DNA from: Candidatus Woesearchaeota archaeon
Lineage (GTDB): Archaea > Nanobdellota > Nanobdellia > Pacearchaeales > GW2011-AR1
Direction of reading: 5' to 3'
Assembly (NCBI GenBank): GCA_964519415.1
Contig: CAZFJM010000003.1
Span: forward strand, 5,668 to 69,667
DNA length: 64,000 nt
The notes under the pieces are model-generated. The model was not told the origin of the DNA, ran no database searches, and saw only the letters and a list, made by a program, of their open reading frames with translations. Shown here piece by piece: positions 1 to 8,720 of this stretch. The position numbers and the translations under genes were made by a program. The first letter of the stretch is position 1. Every line of letters begins with the position of its first letter.

Positions 1-540
1 CCAGATAACTCCATTTTGACCAACAGTAACATCACAATTTGATGCACCTTTGATTATATTAACCATGCTCCCTTCTTTTCCAATAACTCTAGGAACTTTG
101 TTAGGATTTACGTTTACTAATTGTCCGCCTTGTACTCTTCCAAATCCTCTTAATTTTACAGATAAGTCTACATTTCCGCCATCAGTTCCAAAAACCTTAG
201 CACAAACAGTATCGCCAAAATCAAAATGATCTCTTAATTCTCCTCTTCCAATATATCTTGGAACTTCTGTAACATTCAAAAATCCATTTTGATGAGAACC
301 GAAATCAATTAACCAGCCTTTGAATGTAACTCCAACAACTGTACCAATAATAACATTTCCTCTTCGAGGAACATAAACGCCAGATAATGGTATAACTCTA
401 ACAAGCTTATCATTTACATCAGATAATCCGTATTTACATGCAACAATATCTTGACCCTCTCTTCGTGCTCCATCTCCAGGTAAGAATTCGTCGCCCTGAA
501 CAATAGTTTCGCCGGGAATAATAATCTTTCTTTCTTCCAT
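1..540 (-). CDS. rrp4: exosome RNA-binding subunit Rrp4-like, N-terminal ~180 aa; gene continues past the window start
   Basis: Own translation from ATG at 538-540 (MEERKIIIPGETIVQGDEF...): S1-like region then a KH-type GXXG (IGKEGSMVNIIKG). Frame is open to the window edge. Confidence 0.5.
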   Translation of the reverse strand, partial: MEERKIIIPGETIVQGDEFLPGDGARREGQDIVACKYGLSDVNDKLVRVIPLSGVYVPRRGNVIIGTVVGVTFKGWLIDFGSHQNGFLNVTEVPRYIGRGELRDHFDFGDTVCAKVFGTDGGNVDLSVKLRGFGRVQGGQLVNVNPNKVPRVIGKEGSMVNIIKGASNCDVTVGQNGVIW

Positions 541-639
541 TTTCTTAATCAAAATATTCTACAAATGATGGTTTAAAAAGGTTGCTATTTTTATCAAAGA
601 CCTAGCCTGTTTAAATCAATGCTAAAAGTAAAAAGTTTG

Positions 640-1260
640 CTATTTTTTCCCGAAATTTTTTAATCTAACGGGTTGTTTTTCTAGTATCGCTCTCACATAT
701 TTTTCATCTTTAATAAATGGGTGAATACTTTCAGTCTCACGTATAAATTCATCAATAAGTTTTGCATAAGCTTCTTTAGGTTTTTGATAAGCCGCCCACA
801 TTGCAGTAGACAAAAGATGCCCTACATAAAATGCGCTTTCGCTCGGTAAACTATCTGCAAAAAGTTCATTTGGATCTTCGGGAGGAAGTATTTTCCAACG
901 GCTTCCATGGAAACAATCTGCCATCTCGCTCTCTTCTATTATGGTTGCTTCTTCAAAATATTTTTGCTGTCTCTCTTCTTCTCTTCCCGGTTCGTAAGTT
1001 ACTGCTAACCAAGGATTTGCTCTAAAAGGTATCTTAAAATTTATTGCTCTTTCTCCTTCTTCTACCCCTATATACCAATCACAGAGATGACTAATAAAAG
1101 TATAATAAGCTCTAGACTGTAAATTTATTTTATCAATTAATCCAGATCCTGCTTCAGAAACAACACCTGAAGAGAGGATTTGATTAGTTAATACATGTAC
1201 TATTCCTCTTCTAGAATTAAGTTCACAAAGAGCTTTTGCTATTTCTACTTTATCTTCCAT
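640..1260 (-). CDS. hypothetical protein, 206 aa
   Basis: Long ORF in track, tightly spaced with neighbours. No family recognised. Confidence 0.35.
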   Translation of the reverse strand: MEDKVEIAKALCELNSRRGIVHVLTNQILSSGVVSEAGSGLIDKINLQSRAYYTFISHLCDWYIGVEEGERAINFKIPFRANPWLAVTYEPGREEERQQKYFEEATIIEESEMADCFHGSRWKILPPEDPNELFADSLPSESAFYVGHLLSTAMWAAYQKPKEAYAKLIDEFIRETESIHPFIKDEKYVRAILEKQPVRLKNFGKK

Positions 1261-1381
1261 GCTCTTTTTTCAGAAATTATCTTTTTAAGTATTTATATTG
1301 CCTGTTTTCTAATTAATCGTCGTATTTCAGAATTTTTTAAATCTCCACAATATTTATAAACAAAAATATACTCTCTTAAGT

Positions 1382-1933
1382 ATGGTTGATGGTGAAAAAA
1401 GAGTTGTAGAGGGTGTTTTGGTTCTTAAGGAGAAGAAAACTAAGGAGAAAAAGACTAAAGTAAAAAAAGTTCCTAAGAGTATTATTCCAAAAAAGAAAAA
1501 AATGTCTGCAAGTGAAAGAGAAGAACTTCTAATAGAAAATTTTGTAGGTTTGCAAAGAGCAATGATTAATCTATCGATGAAGTTTGAAAATTTATCTGAT
1601 AATATTTCTAAGTTATTAAATGTATTCGAGGTTTCAGCAAGAGATTACATGGTAAATAAAGGAAGAACAAGCCCTGAAGTAGACAAGGACCTATTGAATA
1701 GAATAAATATGTTGTTAGAGCAAAATAAGACAATTATAAATGGAATACGTTCTCTAGATGATAAAACAAAAAAGCAGGAAGCCATTAAAGCTCCTATGAA
1801 TCCTATGCCTCCTAATATTCCAATAGCACAAACAACACCACAATCTCCTACTATTCCTGCAGGAATGCAACCTTCGCAATATACTCCTTCTATTGCTCAA
1901 GCTAAACCAAAAACAATAGTGCAGACAATATGA
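1382..1933 (+). CDS. hypothetical protein: Lys-rich N-terminus, coiled-coil middle, Pro/Gln-rich C-terminus
   Basis: ORF track. Low-complexity KKTKEKK and PMNPMPPNIP segments. True start may be the internal Met (MSASEREELL). Its stop overlaps the next start (ATGA). Confidence 0.35.
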   Translation: MVDGEKRVVEGVLVLKEKKTKEKKTKVKKVPKSIIPKKKKMSASEREELLIENFVGLQRAMINLSMKFENLSDNISKLLNVFEVSARDYMVNKGRTSPEVDKDLLNRINMLLEQNKTIINGIRSLDDKTKKQEAIKAPMNPMPPNIPIAQTTPQSPTIPAGMQPSQYTPSIAQAKPKTIVQTI

Positions 1934-2487
1934 ACTCTATAGCCAGCAATTCTCCGATAGTTCGCGAGATTGTATTTAACATTATTTCTTACGGAGAAAT
2001 AGAAAATTCTAAAGCCAAACATAGGATTGATAATGAAATTGTTCCAACAGTTTCCACAAAAGTTCACTCATTATCTAGGGGCTTTCAGGAAAGTATGTTA
2101 AAGACTCCTCTTCCATTAAAAACAGAGACTGTTCATCCTGATTTAAGTAAACAACAAACAGTTATTCTAGAGGGATATGGTCGGCTTTCAGGGTTAATTA
2201 AAGATCCCTCTGTTTCTACAATTGAATATGTAGGGGAAAATTTACCAATAAGAATTATGAGAGTTGGACATATTCAAAATACTAATATAATTCTTTCAAA
2301 AGAAGAAACTGATTCTATTTTAAAATACGTTTCTAATAGAACAAGAATTCCTCTTGAAAATAATGTTTTCAAAGTAGCAATAGATAATCTTCTTTTTAAT
2401 GCGGTAATTTCTCCGGTGGTTGGAAATAGATTTTTAATTAAGAAGAATTTTCAGATATCTCCTGATTACAAAGAGGCCTTCAAATGA
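1930..2487 (+). CDS. hypothetical protein resembling the N-terminal domain of FlaI/PilB/VirB11-type secretion ATPases but lacking the ATPase core
   Basis: Segment DPSVSTIEYVGENLPIRIMRVGHIQNTNIILSKEETDSILKYV...VAIDNLLFNAVISP resembles the pre-Walker N-domain of T2SS-E/FlaI ATPases (recalled pattern). No Walker A follows. ATGA-coupled to both neighbours. Confidence 0.35.
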   Translation: MNSIASNSPIVREIVFNIISYGEIENSKAKHRIDNEIVPTVSTKVHSLSRGFQESMLKTPLPLKTETVHPDLSKQQTVILEGYGRLSGLIKDPSVSTIEYVGENLPIRIMRVGHIQNTNIILSKEETDSILKYVSNRTRIPLENNVFKVAIDNLLFNAVISPVVGNRFLIKKNFQISPDYKEAFK

Positions 2488-2771
2488 TAAAAGACAAAAT
2501 AACGGCAGAGAGTTTAGCTAATTATAGGAAGATAACAGATAAAGCATTTGATATAGTTAAGAAGAATATTGTTAAGGAAAGAAAAGAAGATGCAAAAAAA
2601 ATATTTGAAATGGTTGAATGTTATTTGTCTGATTCAAAACATTTTGAAAAAAAAGGAGATTTGATTAATTCTTTTGGTGCAATTTATTATGCTCACGGTT
2701 GGATTGACTGCGGGGTAAGGCTTGGAATATTCGATGTTCATGACGATAAGCTGTTTACAGTGAGAGATTAG
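2484..2771 (+). CDS. small hypothetical protein, 95 aa
   Basis: ORF track. Start overlaps the upstream stop. Motif AIYYAHGWIDCG; no family assigned. Confidence 0.35.
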   Translation: MIKDKITAESLANYRKITDKAFDIVKKNIVKERKEDAKKIFEMVECYLSDSKHFEKKGDLINSFGAIYYAHGWIDCGVRLGIFDVHDDKLFTVRD

Positions 2772-2823
2772 TCACTTAGAAATTAACCAAAACGCTTAAA
2801 ATACCCCATTTTCTTCTATTTAC

Positions 2824-3510
2824 ATGGCAAAGAAAACTTTAGTCATCTCTCTAGGCGGAAGCAAAATAGTTCCCGATAATGTTGATCTCACTTTTCTTCA
2901 AGAATTTAAACATTTAATCTTGAAACATTCTAAAGATACTAAGTTCGTAATTGTTTGTGGCGGCGGAAGCGTTGCTAGAAAATATATCCAAGCATTAAAA
3001 TCTGATAAAAAGTCAGACTATCTTCAAGGCATGATAGGTATTTCTATAACTAGGATGAATGCGAGATTTATGTCTTATCTATTCGGTGTAGATCCTGAAA
3101 AAGGAATCCCTACAGATATGAAAGAAGTAAGTAATCTTATTAAAAAAAATGACTTTGTTTTTTGCGGAGGTCTAAGATATGCTCCTGATCAAACTTCAGA
3201 TACAACTGCAGCTAGACTTGCAAGTTATCTTGGCGCAAATTTCATAAATATTACAAATGTCAAAGGATTGTATACTGCCGATCCTAAAAAAGATAAAACT
3301 GCAGAATTTATTGAAAAAATTACTTGGAAAGAATTTAACACTATAGCAAATAAAATAAAATTCAGTGCAGGTCAACATTTTGTTCTTGACCAAAGCGCAG
3401 CAGAAGAAATTATGAAGCATAAGATAAAAACAACTATCGTAGGAAACTTAAGAGAATTTGAAAAAGTGCTTTCTGGAAAACCATTTGTAGGAACGACAAT
3501 CTCAGACTAA
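2824..3510 (+). CDS. pyrH: UMP kinase (amino-acid kinase family)
   Basis: N-terminus LVISLGGSKIV...FVIVCGGGSVARKYI and ~228 aa length match archaeal UMP kinase. FCGGLRYAPDQTSDTTAARLA resembles the conserved GG..G.TTD.AA segment. Confidence 0.6.
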   Translation: MAKKTLVISLGGSKIVPDNVDLTFLQEFKHLILKHSKDTKFVIVCGGGSVARKYIQALKSDKKSDYLQGMIGISITRMNARFMSYLFGVDPEKGIPTDMKEVSNLIKKNDFVFCGGLRYAPDQTSDTTAARLASYLGANFINITNVKGLYTADPKKDKTAEFIEKITWKEFNTIANKIKFSAGQHFVLDQSAAEEIMKHKIKTTIVGNLREFEKVLSGKPFVGTTISD

Positions 3511-3548
3511 TTGAATAATATTAAATACTCATTTTAACTAATTATACT

Positions 3549-4118
3549 ATGCATCAAGATATAACTCTATTCAAAAATCCAGGAAGTTTTTATTTTCAAT
3601 TAGTTTCTAAAAAAGAAGATATCAAGAACTTTGACTCTGATGGAATTATAATAGATGCAGATGAAAAAGAATGTAGGAGAACTATAGAATTTATCAAAGC
3701 TAAGAATAAGCAAACCAAAATTGGAGTTCTTGGAAGAGATGATGAATTTAATCGTCGTGCTTTGGAAACATTAAAGATAAACTATCTTATCTCTCCAGAG
3801 TTGAATGACCAGAAAGACAGTTTAAAGCAAAGAGCTTCTGGAATGAATCATGTAACTGCAAAAATTGCTAAAGATAAAAATATTGCAATCATAGAAGGTA
3901 TAAATTTTATACAATTACAATCAGACAAAAAAGCAAAAGCACGTTTAATCTCTAGAATAATTCAAAATATTGAAATCTGCAGAAAAGCAAAAGGTGATAT
4001 AAAATTTGCTACTTTTGCAAAATCTGAAGAAGAATTACTAGATGAAAAACAAATTGCAGCAATAGGATTTTCTTTAGGTATGTCTAGTCAACAAGTTAAG
4101 GATTGCTTTGAATTTTAG
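3549..4118 (+). CDS. rnp3: RNase P protein component 3 (Rpp30/Rnp3)-like
   Basis: INYLISPE and RASGMNHVTAKIAKDKNIAIIEGINF resemble the Rpp30 TIM-barrel motifs (recalled). 189 aa is short for this family. Confidence 0.4.
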   Translation: MHQDITLFKNPGSFYFQLVSKKEDIKNFDSDGIIIDADEKECRRTIEFIKAKNKQTKIGVLGRDDEFNRRALETLKINYLISPELNDQKDSLKQRASGMNHVTAKIAKDKNIAIIEGINFIQLQSDKKAKARLISRIIQNIEICRKAKGDIKFATFAKSEEELLDEKQIAAIGFSLGMSSQQVKDCFEF

Positions 4119-4372
4119 TGGGCAAAACAAGCCAGGATACTCTTTGTTCCCAATTCTAACAATTTAGCCCCTAGTGTTAGATTTTCTCTAGAATATATAT
4201 CTTCATTTCTTCTGTGTGCCTCTTCTTGTACTTCCCAAATTTTTCTTTTTTGAGATTTGAAATAATTATCGACTCTTTCAGAAGCATAACCGAAGAAGAA
4301 AGCTCTAGTCTGTACTCCTCTGATTGTTTCTTTCATAACTTCTGTATACTCATCAGTATATTTTCTTTCCAT
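4115..4372 (-). CDS. hypothetical protein, 85 aa
   Basis: ORF track only. Confidence 0.25.
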   Translation of the reverse strand: MERKYTDEYTEVMKETIRGVQTRAFFFGYASERVDNYFKSQKRKIWEVQEEAHRRNEDIYSRENLTLGAKLLELGTKSILACFAH

Positions 4373-4698
4373 AAATGAAAGAAAGCTAGAGACCTATTTT
4401 AATCTTTGCCATATTAATTGCTACCTTTCAGTAACACTTTTAGAAAGCTTTAAATACCCTCATTTCAACGAAAGATTAGGTCTAATAAAAATTTTAGAAA
4501 TTTTAACTATGGTAAATGAACATGACAGCGGTTTAGAAGAATGTATTAGCGACGCTTCTGGGCATGAAAATGGGTTTGCTCATAGAATCGTCAAATATCA
4601 AACAGAAGTTCTAATTCCTGCATTACATAATCTAGGTGGAAATTGTATGTTGCCTCAAAATATTAGATGCTACAAAGAATCTAGTTATAAATCTTAAA

Positions 4699-4890
4699 AT
4701 GTCTACACCTTATCAACCTAAACAAGAAATCTATGCAGATTCAAAAAAAGAGACATGTCCTTATTGTTTAACTGGGAAATGTGCAGAAAGAAGAGCTGCA
4801 GGTTTATGTGCTTGTGAAGGTCTTAAAGAAACAGATGAAAAATTACCTATAAGAAATTCAAAAGAATCCGCACTAGCTACTTCAAATTAA
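4699..4890 (+). CDS. small Cys-rich hypothetical protein (CPYC...C.C.C)
   Basis: In-frame ATG at 4699 within track ORF 4636..4890. Six Cys in 64 aa. Confidence 0.25.
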   Translation: MSTPYQPKQEIYADSKKETCPYCLTGKCAERRAAGLCACEGLKETDEKLPIRNSKESALATSN

Positions 4891-4914
4891 TTAAAATTAT
4901 TTCTTAAAAAAGAA

Positions 4915-5127
4915 TTACTTAGAAGCTTTAACTGTAAATTCAGTATAATGGCACTTACCACAATATACTCTATTATCCGCTATCATTAAGAAAAATCCAG
5001 GACCGCATCTTGGGCAGTACTTAGCTCTAATTACCTTATCGCCTTGGATAGTATATTTAGAACTCTTCTTAGAAGTTGGACTATTCTTATGTTTCTTCTT
5101 ACCTTTTATTTTTGATTTAATAGCCAT
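4915..5127 (-). CDS. rps27ae: ribosomal protein S27ae (eS31)
   Basis: C4 zinc ribbon CPRCG...CGKC, basic N-terminus, 70 aa. Conserved position downstream of S24e. Confidence 0.75.
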   Translation of the reverse strand: MAIKSKIKGKKKHKNSPTSKKSSKYTIQGDKVIRAKYCPRCGPGFFLMIADNRVYCGKCHYTEFTVKASK

Positions 5128-5129
5128 TT

Positions 5130-5444
5130 TTATTTAGCTCCTCCAGCTGCTCTAGCATCTGCTGCAGCTTTCTTAGCTTCTGCAACTGCTTTCTTTCTAA
5201 CTTTTCTTGGTATTGTTTCTACCTTGGTTTTATCTGCTGCAGTGTTATAAACTACTGCATCTACTTTAAAAGTATCTTTACCAAAGCTTCCATCAATTTT
5301 TCTTACAACTGTTAATTCAGCATCGCTTTTTAATAATGTAATAACATCTGTCTTTGAAGGATTCTTTTCAGATTTAATCTCTAAGATATATTCAGTTCTA
5401 TTCAAAGATAGATTCTTATTTTCTTTTATTATTTTTGATTCCAT
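5130..5444 (-). CDS. rps24e: ribosomal protein S24e (eS24)
   Basis: ~100 aa with Ala/Lys-rich C-terminal tail. Sits in the conserved Spt4-S24e-S27ae archaeal arrangement. Confidence 0.7.
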   Translation of the reverse strand: MESKIIKENKNLSLNRTEYILEIKSEKNPSKTDVITLLKSDAELTVVRKIDGSFGKDTFKVDAVVYNTAADKTKVETIPRKVRKKAVAEAKKAAADARAAGGAK

Positions 5445-5445
5445 T

Positions 5446-5634
5446 TTATTTTATTTTTACAGCAAATCTGCCGTTTGATTTAATTCCCAAATTATGAGCA
5501 ATTATTGATTTATCTGAATTAAACACAACCGCTTCCCCTTTAAAGCTATCGATTCCTACATTTTCTCCGCAATTAGTACATTTTTCTCCGAAATATATTG
5601 TTTTACATTTAGCGCAAGCTTTTTCTTTTGCCAT
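5446..5634 (-). CDS. spt4: transcription elongation factor Spt4 / RNAP subunit E''
   Basis: 62 aa with CAKC...CTNC zinc ribbon, immediately downstream of rpoE'. Confidence 0.7.
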   Translation of the reverse strand: MAKEKACAKCKTIYFGEKCTNCGENVGIDSFKGEAVVFNSDKSIIAHNLGIKSNGRFAVKIK

Positions 5635-6242
5635 TATTTCTTTTTCTCCTTCTTAGGTTTAGTTTCTTTTGATTCTCCTTCAGATGATTTCTTTACAGCC
5701 TTTTTAGCTTTATCCTTATCGCCAGATATCCAATCTAGTCTTCCTAATCCTGGTTGTCTCATTGTTAGGCCTACTTTAGGTTCTTCGCCCTTGTAAGAGA
5801 TTGCAACAATTCTTGCCATACATTCATCACCAACATTCAAAGATTTCTTTCCATCTTTTCCTGTAAGATTTCCTGTTTTTGAGAATGAAACGAAGTCATC
5901 CATAGTCTGTGAAATGTGTATCATTCCTCTTAAAACACCCATATCTATGAATGCACCAAAGTTTGTAATTTCTTCAATTTTGCCATATACAATTTCTTGC
6001 AATTCTGGTTTGAAAACAATTATTTTGAATCTTGATTTGTAGTAAGCTGCACCATCGCCTGGAATAATAATACCATCATCGACGGATAAAACTTCTAAAA
6101 CATCAACAACAGTTCCTAATTCTCTGTCTTGAAAATTTGAATAGCTCGCGTGCAACTGTTCTTTTACAGCATCTGCTGTTTTAAGGCCAAACAATTTTGG
6201 CTCTACTCTTACAAAGTCCTCAACTTCAACTAAATAGAACAT
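5634..6242 (-). CDS. rpoE: DNA-directed RNA polymerase subunit E' (Rpo7)
   Basis: Rpo7-type N-domain (MFYLVEVEDFVRVEP) plus S1 domain (GKIEEITNFGAFIDMG). Operon partner of spt4. Confidence 0.8.
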   Translation of the reverse strand: MFYLVEVEDFVRVEPKLFGLKTADAVKEQLHASYSNFQDRELGTVVDVLEVLSVDDGIIIPGDGAAYYKSRFKIIVFKPELQEIVYGKIEEITNFGAFIDMGVLRGMIHISQTMDDFVSFSKTGNLTGKDGKKSLNVGDECMARIVAISYKGEEPKVGLTMRQPGLGRLDWISGDKDKAKKAVKKSSEGESKETKPKKEKKK

Positions 6243-6318
6243 GATTTTAATAGAAAAAGTTCATTTTTAAAGCTTGCGCTTACAAATTTTTTTAAGGAAA
6301 CTCAATTTTACATCGGTG

Positions 6319-6699
6319 TTAATTAATAATCTGAACCTGTCTTTTATCCGAGATAGTAATAATTGTATTATCTACTCTTTTTTTCAAACCTTTATCTAAA
6401 GTAGCAAGTGCAATAAGTTTGCCTCTTATAAAATCTGCAATTCCTACATCAACATTTTTATTATTTACTCTGACTAATTCATAACCCATTTTGTCAGCCA
6501 GCATTAATGCTAGTTTTGCAGCATCTTTATCTATTCCTTTCATTCCCTTTCTTTCGGATAGTTCTGTAAGTTCATCAATAACTTCTTCAGGTACAATCCA
6601 TTCCATTTTCTCATCTACTTGCTCAGCTATTAAAGTTGCAAAATCTACTTTCTGTTTTGCACATGTCAATAAAAAGTTCGTATCAAGTAATACTTTCAT
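6319..6699 (-). CDS. PIN-domain protein
   Basis: MKVLLDTNFLL N-terminus is typical of PIN nucleases. 126 aa. Lies upstream of rpoE' as in many archaea. Confidence 0.55.
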   Translation of the reverse strand: MKVLLDTNFLLTCAKQKVDFATLIAEQVDEKMEWIVPEEVIDELTELSERKGMKGIDKDAAKLALMLADKMGYELVRVNNKNVDVGIADFIRGKLIALATLDKGLKKRVDNTIITISDKRQVQIIN

Positions 6700-6792
6700 A
6701 AATATTCATAGAAAAATAACTTTATATTCGTGTCGGTTACATTCCGTAACACTTATATATCTCCTAGTCCTTTAAAATATTGAGAGGTTAAA

Positions 6793-7356
6793 ATGCTACA
6801 AGAGGCTGAAAATGTTCTTAGAATTATGAAAGAGGCAAGAGTTGCTTTAGAGCAAAATGACTCTTACAAACTAAAGGCATTATCTGATCAAACACTTCAT
6901 ACTGCTACAGTTTATCAAGATGCAGATAGTATTGTCGTTGCTGTTTTAACATATTCTATAGCAAAAATAGTTGAGCGGGAAGGCTATAAAAAAATGGAAG
7001 GTTGGGATATATTTTATAGTTCTTTAGTTAAAAATATGGATTCTGCAATTTTAAATTTAGAAACAGGAAACTATGAAAAATTTATGGATTATATGGGCAA
7101 AATAAGAAATTCAATAAATAAAATAGAAGGAGATTTATCAAACTATATTAGAGATATATTTTACAAAGCACAAGTAAACAAGGCATTCAAACTTTATGAA
7201 CATGGTTTATCTGCTGAACAAACAGCTTCTGTTTTAGGAGTTTCTCTATGGGATTTAGCAAGTTATATTGGTCAAACAACTGTAAGCGAATCGCACTTAA
7301 ATGAAGCAATTCCAGTTAAAGAGAGAATTAAATTAGCGGAAAGTTTTTTCAAATGA
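6793..7356 (+). CDS. hypothetical protein with C-terminal helix-turn-helix
   Basis: C-terminal GLSAEQTASVLGVSLWDLASYIG looks like an HTH. Stop overlaps the next start (ATGA). Confidence 0.4.
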   Translation: MLQEAENVLRIMKEARVALEQNDSYKLKALSDQTLHTATVYQDADSIVVAVLTYSIAKIVEREGYKKMEGWDIFYSSLVKNMDSAILNLETGNYEKFMDYMGKIRNSINKIEGDLSNYIRDIFYKAQVNKAFKLYEHGLSAEQTASVLGVSLWDLASYIGQTTVSESHLNEAIPVKERIKLAESFFK

Positions 7357-8024
7357 AATATGCAATTTTAGATGCTGGCCCTCTTATTTCTTTAACATTA
7401 AATGGAATATTACATACTTTAGAATTATTAAAACAGAAGTATCCAGATGTAGCATTTATACTAACTCCGCAAGTTAAAAAAGAAATAATTGACAAACCAC
7501 TTACAATTAAGAAATATGAATTAGAAGCTGTTAAAGTTCAGACTTTGGTAGCTAAGAAAGTTATTACAATGTCTACTGAATTTGTTCCAAATAATCAATT
7601 AGAAAAAGAAACTCAGAGGATTTTAACTCTTTCAAATTCAGTAGTTAAAGCTGACGGAAAAACAATTCCAATTGTGCAAATAGGTGAAGCTTCTTGTATT
7701 GCTTTTTCAAATCTATGTAAATGTGAAAGTGTTATTGTAATTGATGAAAGAATAACGAGACTTCTTACAGAATCTCCCCAAAATGTAAAAGCAATTATGG
7801 AAAGAAAGCTTCATATGGATATAATTTTGAATCAAAAAAATCTAAAGGAATTCAAAGACTTAAAATATATACGTTCCGCAGAACTGGTATATCTAGCATA
7901 TAAAAATGGGCTTTATGATTACAAAAAAGATAAGACTTTGCTAGATGCTTTACTATACTCTTTAAAGTTCTCTGGAACTTCAATTTCTAGTAAAGAGATT
8001 GACGAAATGAAAAGTATGAATTAA
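7353..8024 (+). CDS. PIN-like domain protein with C-terminal extension
   Basis: ILDAGPLISL N-terminus, later IQIGEASCIA and VIVIDER supply PIN-like acidic residues. 223 aa. Confidence 0.35.
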   Translation: MKYAILDAGPLISLTLNGILHTLELLKQKYPDVAFILTPQVKKEIIDKPLTIKKYELEAVKVQTLVAKKVITMSTEFVPNNQLEKETQRILTLSNSVVKADGKTIPIVQIGEASCIAFSNLCKCESVIVIDERITRLLTESPQNVKAIMERKLHMDIILNQKNLKEFKDLKYIRSAELVYLAYKNGLYDYKKDKTLLDALLYSLKFSGTSISSKEIDEMKSMN

Positions 8025-8025
8025 A

Positions 8026-8096
8026 TGGACCCATAGGGAATCGAACCCTAATCAATCGCTCTGGAGGCGAGCATTCTACCTTTGAACTATGGATCC
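8026..8096 (-). tRNA. tRNA-Trp (anticodon CCA), no encoded CCA, no intron
   Basis: Hand-folded cloverleaf. Acceptor GGATCCA/TGGGTCC; D-stem GTTC/GAAT; anticodon loop CT-CCA-GA; T-arm TAGGG-TTCGATT-CCCTA; 71 nt. One C.U mismatch at the base of the anticodon stem. Confidence 0.7.
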
Positions 8097-8187
8097 ATTA
8101 ATATTCTATAATTTGAATGTTTTTTAAACGTTTGTTCTTGTTCATTTATCTATAAAGATTTATATACATTATTTATCTAATCAAGAT

Positions 8188-8718
8188 ATGGTTTCAGAAC
8201 AGGTGATTGTGATCGGTGTTTTTTCAATAGTTATTCCAATTATATTAATTGCACTAGGTCTTTTTCTATATTCAAAAACAAAAGGAAATATTAAAATCTT
8301 GCTTGAAAGAACTCAATTTTCACCAGGTGAAACAATAAAAGGCAAGATCCATTTACAAGCAAAAAAGCCAATAGAAGTAAAATCTCTAAACGTTACTCTT
8401 CGGGGTGTAATGAAATCATCACCTTCTTCTATTACTATTGGTGGAAGTAATAAGCAAAAGAATAAAGAAAAAGAAATATTTTCTTTTAATCAACAAATCT
8501 TCGGTGTAAAAAATTTCACCATAGGAGAATCTGATCATTCTTTCACGATAAAGATACCTGCAAATGTTTTAAAGAATGCAGAGGGTTTTGCAGGAGCCTT
8601 AGTAAACACTATAAAATTAATAAGTGGAGACACAAGAAGCGTCTACTGGTATGTTGATGCAAGATTGGATATTCCTGGTTTCGATTTATCAGATAGAGTT
8701 CAGATAAATATTGTTTAA
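8188..8718 (+). CDS. membrane-anchored hypothetical protein, possibly Spo0M/arrestin-N-like
   Basis: N-terminal TM helix (IVIGVFSIVIPIILIALGLFLY) then a beta-rich domain. Family assignment is weak. Confidence 0.3.
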   Translation: MVSEQVIVIGVFSIVIPIILIALGLFLYSKTKGNIKILLERTQFSPGETIKGKIHLQAKKPIEVKSLNVTLRGVMKSSPSSITIGGSNKQKNKEKEIFSFNQQIFGVKNFTIGESDHSFTIKIPANVLKNAEGFAGALVNTIKLISGDTRSVYWYVDARLDIPGFDLSDRVQINIV

Positions 8719-8720
8719 TT

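Noticed and set aside
4509-4697. 62-aa ORF upstream of the Cys-rich small ORF
   Set aside because: No motif, and it overlaps the start of the 4636/4699 ORF in another frame. It was left uncalled as probably spurious.
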